IMG/VR virus record: IMGVR_UViG_3300029183_000013 | Coordinates: 1-37,894 of that record | DNA: 37,894 bases | Direction: 5' to 3' (one strand) | Origin: a virus | Lineage: Duplodnaviria; Caudoviricetes | In this document: positions 32,027-37,894 of the stretch, piece after piece | Position numbering within the stretch: position 1 is the first letter of the stretch | How the letters are laid out: the number at the start of each line of letters is the position of its first letter | Program-made: the position numbers and the translations under genes | The notes under the pieces: generated by a model | The model's database searches: none | Told to the model about the DNA's origin: nothing | The model's input: only the letters and a program-made list of their open reading frames with translations

Positions 32027-34720
32027 TTATTCTATTCCTATCAGCCTGTAAGAACCCGCAGGTAAAGGCGAATTGGTTTCAATTCTCACATTGCTTGCAG
32101 ATGTAACCTTAATAGTTCCCTGCATTATCTCAAATTGATTTGCATTGTCCATCAATTGCCATATTGCGTTTCGAGCATCTTCAATGCCCGTAATTGCAAT
32201 ATCCTTTGTGGTTTCTGTACCGTTGAAAGATACATCCTGTAGGAACTTAGAAACCCCGAGAGGCTTAACTTGAGTACCTGTATTCACATAGGCTTTTTGG
32301 TTATCTGTCGCAAAATATACTCGTCCCGGAGTTTGACCATCAAACGCCGGTAGAGAGGTAGACAATATATTTTCAAAGCGGAGACCAATGTGCTCACCCG
32401 CAGAGTAAATGTTGTTCCATCTTAGTGATGACCCTCCGAGGTCTGTGCCGGACCATGGACCTCCGAATACTGCGTCCGCTGTGGGGGTAAAATTGTCTTG
32501 GGTTTGCACAAGACCCTTTGTACCGTCGAAGGTTGATCCAAGTACGAGGTTTCCCGATGGGGCGGTATCACCATATATTGTTTGACCTCCACTTCGTCCT
32601 TCGAGCATGACGAATTGGGTGTGGCCTGCGTCTCCGTTTGTGAGCCCACTAACTGTGTTATGTGTAACTTCAGAATCAGGAACAGAAGCGAGCCAAAGAC
32701 CGAGAGTATCATCAAAAAATAGCGCGTCTCCCGTTTGAGCGGGTTGGGTTTGAGCAGCATCCCTAAACAAAGCAGAGCGAAAAGCAAGGAGAGTGGCAAT
32801 GCTAGTAGTATTTGTACCATCGGACAATCCTCCCGACATAAAAATATCATTTACCCGACTTACGCCGACACCAATATTTAAAGTGCCATCCGAACTCGGT
32901 AAAAAGTTATGGGAGAAAACAATCGATCCGGCCCCGTTAGCCTCTAGGAAAAGATTCCCGCCAGCTAAAGTTGACCTAACACTCTGACCATCAATTTGTA
33001 CATTATCAACATCAAGGCTACCATTAACAGTAACAAACCCAGTAAAGGTGGCGCTGAGTGCCTGTAAAGCCTTCTGTATATCAACAACGCCAACGCCATC
33101 GGGAACAAGATTAATATTTCCATCTGTATCAGTGGACGAGATGGTATTCCCATCAAGCCGCAGATTGTCCACGTCAAGAATATCAGTAACGATAGACCCA
33201 ACATCCAAGCCTCCAGTCGTAACTAGATCTTCGTCATCAAACGAAATTAGGCCCAAAGAGCTAGTTATTTGTGCTCGGTCTGGAGGGCCAGAAACAAAAG
33301 GTTGTAGAATAAGAGTTTGAGAACTGTCCGTGAAAGTGGCGACCCCGGCCCCTAGAGTCCCAGTCGTGAGCAAATTGGCAGCACCGAAGCTAATCTGACC
33401 CGACGTATCTGTGATACTACCAGGGACAAGGGTCATAGAATTTGTGGTATCATCGGCTACAAGTTGCGTCCCCGTAACAATGTTGCCATTGATGTTACCT
33501 GTTGTAACTAAATTTTCATTGTCGAAATTAATCAGACCGCTTTGGTCTGTGATGAGCATTTGCCCACCTGTAAGGGTTTCAATTTGAACCCTAAACACTG
33601 AATCAAAAGTCGGATTTATTGTCCAAGAAGCACCGTTGTCGCTTGACTGAGCGGCTGTTCCTCCAGCATATACATCCGAGTTCTGGTAACGAATAGAAAA
33701 AATACCACTCGTTAAGCCCGATCTATCAATCGTCAACCAATAAGTAGTCCCCGCATTCACTGTCGCAGGCGTGGAGAAAGTCCACTCTATAAGAGACAGA
33801 GTAAAGGTGTTTGAGTTTATTGGATCTGAAGTGGCTAGAACAGCTCCGGGAGAACCCGCAGCATCCGCTCTTAATTGGAGAGTAATATCCCCAACAGGAG
33901 AAGCCAAAAATCCAATCTCAAAGAAACCTTTCGTTAAAGGGCCACTATCTGTAGGATCAAAAGACTGTCCATAGGTATCATTGTTGGAATCAAATATTCC
34001 ACGAAGGTCATTATTTGTTAGGTTTTCTCCAACTGTCGTCGTGACTGGAGTTGTCCCAACAGTTGAAGTAATTTGTCCCGCCCCGATATAAATAATACCG
34101 CCAAAGTGGGCGTCCAACCATCTCTCAGAGGCTGTTGACAAATTGTAGGTGTCCGTAAGAGTTGGACGAAATTGAGAATCGATTTGTACGAATCCGGTTT
34201 GAGGACCGGTTCCATCTCCGCTATTCGCGTTAAGCGTAAGGTTTTGGTTCGCTTGATCGCCACCATAAACCAACTGACCTGCATAAAGACCCGTAACAGG
34301 ATCACCCGCAGGGTCTAAATCAGAAGTTCCAAGTTTTGAAACATATAGGGGGAGAGTAACATCAACAAGCTCGGCGAGGATTGAATCATTAGACCAATCC
34401 ATATCGAGAACTTTGTGCCAGCTTGGCGCAGCCTCTCCTTCACGTTGTTCCCATCGATAGGCGGCCTGTTTACCGTCTCCATCGTCTCGAACAACTCGAT
34501 AATCGTTTAAAGTATTACCCGTCGCAGGTAAGTCACCGGGGGTGTCCACCGCCGGTTCGACATTTGGATAAAGAACAGCGAGAATATAGTTGAAAGCATC
34601 CTCAGCGTTTCCGATTCCCGGCAATGCCTCATTTTGATACGAAAATTCCGACAAACTATGTCGGTAAGGGTGCTGCCATCTCGAAAAAATCTTAAACCGA
34701 TGCTTCTCAAATACACTCAT
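32027..34720 (-). CDS. large virion structural/fibre protein
   Basis: 897 aa, T/G/D-rich; repeated DN(L/V)xxDG segments and GxIxF repeats. Confidence 0.7.
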   Translation of the reverse strand: MSVFEKHRFKIFSRWQHPYRHSLSEFSYQNEALPGIGNAEDAFNYILAVLYPNVEPAVDTPGDLPATGNTLNDYRVVRDDGDGKQAAYRWEQREGEAAPSWHKVLDMDWSNDSILAELVDVTLPLYVSKLGTSDLDPAGDPVTGLYAGQLVYGGDQANQNLTLNANSGDGTGPQTGFVQIDSQFRPTLTDTYNLSTASERWLDAHFGGIIYIGAGQITSTVGTTPVTTTVGENLTNNDLRGIFDSNNDTYGQSFDPTDSGPLTKGFFEIGFLASPVGDITLQLRADAAGSPGAVLATSDPINSNTFTLSLIEWTFSTPATVNAGTTYWLTIDRSGLTSGIFSIRYQNSDVYAGGTAAQSSDNGASWTINPTFDSVFRVQIETLTGGQMLITDQSGLINFDNENLVTTGNINGNIVTGTQLVADDTTNSMTLVPGSITDTSGQISFGAANLLTTGTLGAGVATFTDSSQTLILQPFVSGPPDRAQITSSLGLISFDDEDLVTTGGLDVGSIVTDILDVDNLRLDGNTISSTDTDGNINLVPDGVGVVDIQKALQALSATFTGFVTVNGSLDVDNVQIDGQSVRSTLAGGNLFLEANGAGSIVFSHNFLPSSDGTLNIGVGVSRVNDIFMSGGLSDGTNTTSIATLLAFRSALFRDAAQTQPAQTGDALFFDDTLGLWLASVPDSEVTHNTVSGLTNGDAGHTQFVMLEGRSGGQTIYGDTAPSGNLVLGSTFDGTKGLVQTQDNFTPTADAVFGGPWSGTDLGGSSLRWNNIYSAGEHIGLRFENILSTSLPAFDGQTPGRVYFATDNQKAYVNTGTQVKPLGVSKFLQDVSFNGTETTKDIAITGIEDARNAIWQLMDNANQFEIMQGTIKVTSASNVRIETNSPLPAGSYRLIGIE

Positions 34721-35031
34721 TATTCAAACCCATTCCCGTCAGGATCGTAATTCGCATTAGGATCAAACGTAAACGCCGACTCCCATGCGGTTTTCCATGG
34801 ATAAACTCTCTCTTGTTGCCCTCGAATAGCCGTACTGTTTGGCTCCAAGAAAGTGTACTCGGTGCAAATACACGGGTCTCCGTCTTTTGCATCGATAGGG
34901 GCTACAAAAATGAATTTTTCTCTTTTGTCCGCATCATATACGATGTGGGTTTTTGTCTGCTGCTTTTCGTTCGTCAGCAGTAATTCGGTACGGGATTTTA
35001 CCCGTGAATCATCATTTATGGCACTCACCAC
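34720..35031 (-). CDS. hypothetical virion-module protein
   Basis: AGGAGG RBS; GTG start; TAATG overlap. Confidence 0.75.
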   Translation of the reverse strand: MVSAINDDSRVKSRTELLLTNEKQQTKTHIVYDADKREKFIFVAPIDAKDGDPCICTEYTFLEPNSTAIRGQQERVYPWKTAWESAFTFDPNANYDPDGNGFE

Positions 35032-35045
35032 AACCTCCTAAATTC

Positions 35046-35067
35046 AAAAGGGGAGGTTTCCCTCCCC
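35046..35067 (-). terminator. rho-independent terminator after major capsid gene
   Basis: Minus strand GGGGAGG-GAAA-CCTCCCC-TTTT, 10 nt after the capsid stop. Confidence 0.85.
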
Positions 35068-35077
35068 TCGGTCAAAC

Positions 35078-36343
35078 TTATACGAAGTTTGCAGGGTCGA
35101 TACTGTGAACAATACCGTTGTTCCCTGGTTTGGTGTGTTCCATTTCTCCGAAAAGACAAGAATCAACGATGTATTGATACCCGTCCTCAGTTCTGAGTTC
35201 GTAGAACTCGTGACCTTCTGGGTTCTCTCTTTTCTTAAAGAAACCATTAGATCGGAACGTACAAGACATTGGATCATGGTAAATGATAATGTCTGGATCC
35301 CATTCCTGGATCATTACGATGGTCAAGTCACCTTTAACTGTTGTCAAAGTGATCTCATCCCAACCGTAAAGAGAGGCTTTTCGGTCCTTAACAGAAACTT
35401 GGTAGTTTCCACGGTATCCGTTAGTTCCTCCACCGTTCTCAACTGCCTGCATGACAGCTCCACCAACGGTGTAATCCATAAGGATCTTGCTCGCGCGACC
35501 GCGGGCTTTCTTACGAACTTCGGTGTATCCATCGAAAAGTTTCCCGAGGATGTTCGCCTTAGTCCAAGAAGTTCCGTCGATGTTCACGGCTTGCAAGAAA
35601 GGATATGCTGTTTTTGTCTGACCGTGTAGAGTGGCAGATCCACCGTTTGCAGCAGACAAGTAAGCATCTCTCATAGACTGATAAGACACGAGGTCAGCAT
35701 CGTCTGTGAAGAACTTAGCGTTGTCGGCAACAGTGAAAGCACTCACGTCAGCCGCAGCACCACCACGAGTCGCAGAAAGCGTCAACTCATTAGTATTGAT
35801 GTCAATACCGATAACGTAGAAGTCAGCGACAGCAGCAGTATCACCCTTAAGGCTCAACTTTTGGTTTAACACGAAACGGTCAATACGATCCGCAACGATG
35901 ATACCGGCGGCTGTACCGTCAGTAGTCACAGATGCGAAGTGAGGGCCAGTCCCTAATTGGATGGAAACAACCATCTTCATGTAGTTCATGAACTCCTCAA
36001 TCGTATCAGGGAGAATCTTAAGGAAAGAATCCTCGTTGATACGACCGCTGTGGTCTACAAGGTCACGATGGTTGAAGATCATAGATCCCCATGCTTCCTT
36101 GTAGTTGTCGATAGATCCACGAACATAAAGATCTTCGGAAATATCGTTGGCGGCGGTTAGTTTACCCATTCTCACCGATGATCCGCCAGCGGCTTTGAAT
36201 GGTACGATTAATTTTCCACCTTTCCAACTATCATCTTTCTGACAGTTAGAAAGAATGTAATCGCGTTCGATTAGTTCTTCTTTCAGTAAATCGTTTGGCA
36301 AATACTCATTGAGCATCGCCTGAAACGTGCGTGTAGTTGACAT
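35078..36343 (-). CDS. putative major capsid protein
   Basis: 421 aa; follows portal and scaffold; followed by a terminator; AGGAG RBS. Confidence 0.75.
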   Translation of the reverse strand: MSTTRTFQAMLNEYLPNDLLKEELIERDYILSNCQKDDSWKGGKLIVPFKAAGGSSVRMGKLTAANDISEDLYVRGSIDNYKEAWGSMIFNHRDLVDHSGRINEDSFLKILPDTIEEFMNYMKMVVSIQLGTGPHFASVTTDGTAAGIIVADRIDRFVLNQKLSLKGDTAAVADFYVIGIDINTNELTLSATRGGAAADVSAFTVADNAKFFTDDADLVSYQSMRDAYLSAANGGSATLHGQTKTAYPFLQAVNIDGTSWTKANILGKLFDGYTEVRKKARGRASKILMDYTVGGAVMQAVENGGGTNGYRGNYQVSVKDRKASLYGWDEITLTTVKGDLTIVMIQEWDPDIIIYHDPMSCTFRSNGFFKKRENPEGHEFYELRTEDGYQYIVDSCLFGEMEHTKPGNNGIVHSIDPANFV

Positions 36344-36380
36344 TTTAAGCTCCTAAACTGTTCACATAGAGAACGGACGC

Positions 36381-37325
36381 CTATCGTCCTGCTGTTCTCT
36401 GGTTGTAAATATTCCGAAGATCATCAATGGATTTAGGAATCTTCTTTGTCGGTGAAGTTCCGCGTCCTTGAATGTTCGGAATGACAGGTGGCCTTTGTTG
36501 GCTTACCTGCTGTGCTGGCTGTGTTCCCACATGACCAGTTTGGAGATTGGGTTGGGTTCCCCCTGCGCCTATTCCTAATTTTTGCATCCTAGCGGCAACC
36601 TGCATTGCAGCCTGTGCTGGATTCATTTGGTTTCCGAGCCTCCATTGCGATTCTCCAAAAGCAATGACCTCGTTTTTGAAAGCGCCAGGTGTTCCCATTC
36701 TGGCATCGTAATCTTGAGCCACGGCTGCCACACCGGGATCAGATACGGCATTATCAAGTTCCTGCACCTTTTGCTGTACCTCTAAATTTTGGTACTGCTG
36801 AGTAAGGTGATCGTTCTGATACTGAAGCTGCTGCATTTGCATCTGCTGCTGCTTCTGAGCATCAATCTTCGCCTTCTCTTCGGGTGGCAGTTCTTGATAC
36901 TTTAATCTATTGATAGCATAATCCATAAACATTTTCTCTGGCAAGCCCAGAGTACGGATAAAATTCTCCGCATCGCCTCGCTGTACAAGCTCATTCAAAA
37001 CCTGCAAGCTCTCGTTCAAATTATCGAATTTACCGCGGTATTCATCCCTTTCGCTTTTTGCAAGCTCAAGTCCATGTCCTCGCGTGTAGAGATCTTGAAA
37101 GTGTTTATAGTCGTCCTCTGTTTTGATGTACTGACGAGTTCTTTCATCAAACTCGTGCTCCTCGTCCCGGACTTTGTATGTGAAAACAGGCTCCCACGGA
37201 GCGGGTTCTGGAGCGGGTTCTCCGCCGCCTGCCTCTAATTGTGGCTCCGGTGCTGGACTTGGTTCCGGCGCTGGAGCTGGTTCATTTTGCGTAGTATCCA
37301 CTACTTGATTATCGATGTCGGACAT
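36381..37325 (-). CDS. putative capsid scaffolding protein
   Basis: P/E-rich N-terminus; YKVRDEEHE motif; Q-rich coiled coil; lies between portal and capsid. Confidence 0.7.
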   Translation of the reverse strand: MSDIDNQVVDTTQNEPAPAPEPSPAPEPQLEAGGGEPAPEPAPWEPVFTYKVRDEEHEFDERTRQYIKTEDDYKHFQDLYTRGHGLELAKSERDEYRGKFDNLNESLQVLNELVQRGDAENFIRTLGLPEKMFMDYAINRLKYQELPPEEKAKIDAQKQQQMQMQQLQYQNDHLTQQYQNLEVQQKVQELDNAVSDPGVAAVAQDYDARMGTPGAFKNEVIAFGESQWRLGNQMNPAQAAMQVAARMQKLGIGAGGTQPNLQTGHVGTQPAQQVSQQRPPVIPNIQGRGTSPTKKIPKSIDDLRNIYNQRTAGR

Positions 37326-37340
37326 GGTGCTGCCTCCTTG

Positions 37341-37894
37341 TTAGTATAGCTGGTTTTGTCCATTCGCTAGCATCTGTTGTTGTGTCATCATTTCTGCCAT
37401 CTCAGCGAGCGCACCTTGGTTGATCTGCTGTAGGCGCTCTTGGTCCATACCTTGAGCCGCCATTTGGTTTCTCAACCATTCTAGGGCGCTTGTCGGCGCT
37501 CTGAATTTATCTGGATTCTCTCCATCCATTCCAGGGACTAATAAGCCCGTGGTAACGAGAGGACCATCCATAGGGATATATCCAGACTTAGCTCGCTGAA
37601 TTTGCTCAGTCTTTCTGACAATTTCTTGTTGATGCTGCTGTTTAAAAACTTGGTAAGCCTGCTGGACTTGCGGAGGCAAAAATTTGAAGTCCGGCTGTTT
37701 CATACGGTGGGACAACTTCTTCACATAATACTCGTTGTTGTCCATTTGACCCATCTGGACCTGTTCACCGCGCTCCAATGCCAACATATCATTGGTGACA
37801 TTTTCATAATCTATGGTCAGATCGTTAAACGACTCCTCGTTGTTCACGAAAGGCATATTTTTCAAGATTTTGCCCACGTCATCCTGACTCATAT
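37341..37894 (-). CDS. probable portal protein, C-terminal part (truncated by window edge)
   Basis: Q/M-rich helical C-terminus upstream of scaffold; ORF runs to the edge; assignment by gene order. Confidence 0.55.
   Translation of the reverse strand, partial: MSQDDVGKILKNMPFVNNEESFNDLTIDYENVTNDMLALERGEQVQMGQMDNNEYYVKKLSHRMKQPDFKFLPPQVQQAYQVFKQQHQQEIVRKTEQIQRAKSGYIPMDGPLVTTGLLVPGMDGENPDKFRAPTSALEWLRNQMAAQGMDQERLQQINQGALAEMAEMMTQQQMLANGQNQLY

Noticed and set aside
35044-35277. Alternate-frame ORF over the capsid 3' end as a T7-like frameshift extension
   Set aside because: Would add only about 11 codons and runs into the terminator; no convincing slippery site noted
1-37894. Integrase, reverse transcriptase/DGR, alternative genetic code, or purZ-type base modification
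   Set aside because: No such motifs seen; genes are full length under the standard code and all three stop codons are used. The genome is incomplete, so absence is not proven

Overview
A partial genome (about 38 kb) of a tailed dsDNA phage with a podovirus-like virion module. The probable spanin lipoprotein points to a diderm host. The left end starts with a random-amplification (SISPA) primer remnant and the right end breaks inside the probable portal gene. No terminase, integrase or CRISPR array is visible. Left arm (1-16444, mostly +): small membrane, lipoprotein and Zn-finger genes, an SPFH protein, a 2OG-Fe(II) oxygenase, a GNAT, a SNF2 helicase, an SSB, a family A DNA polymerase and a VRR-NUC nuclease. 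One minus-strand primase/SF3-helicase points into an AT-rich, iteron-flanked probable origin (about 1204-1554). Right arm (16407-37894, all -): portal, scaffold, major capsid, large virion/fibre proteins, an embedded lysis cassette (holin, spanin-like pair, M15 endolysin), nozzle, collagen-like fibre, adaptor, a GNAT plus cupin pair, and ejection-type proteins. The most unusual signal is a set of tRNA-like but non-canonical RNA structures in the intergenic gaps of the replication operon. One is a 58-nt D-armless element with a 7-bp acceptor stem and encoded ACCA (13305-13362). Another is a 72-nt element with a perfect T-arm (11561-11632). A third, weaker switch-like leader lies at 10018-10076. 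All product calls come from motif reading and gene order; no database searches were run.
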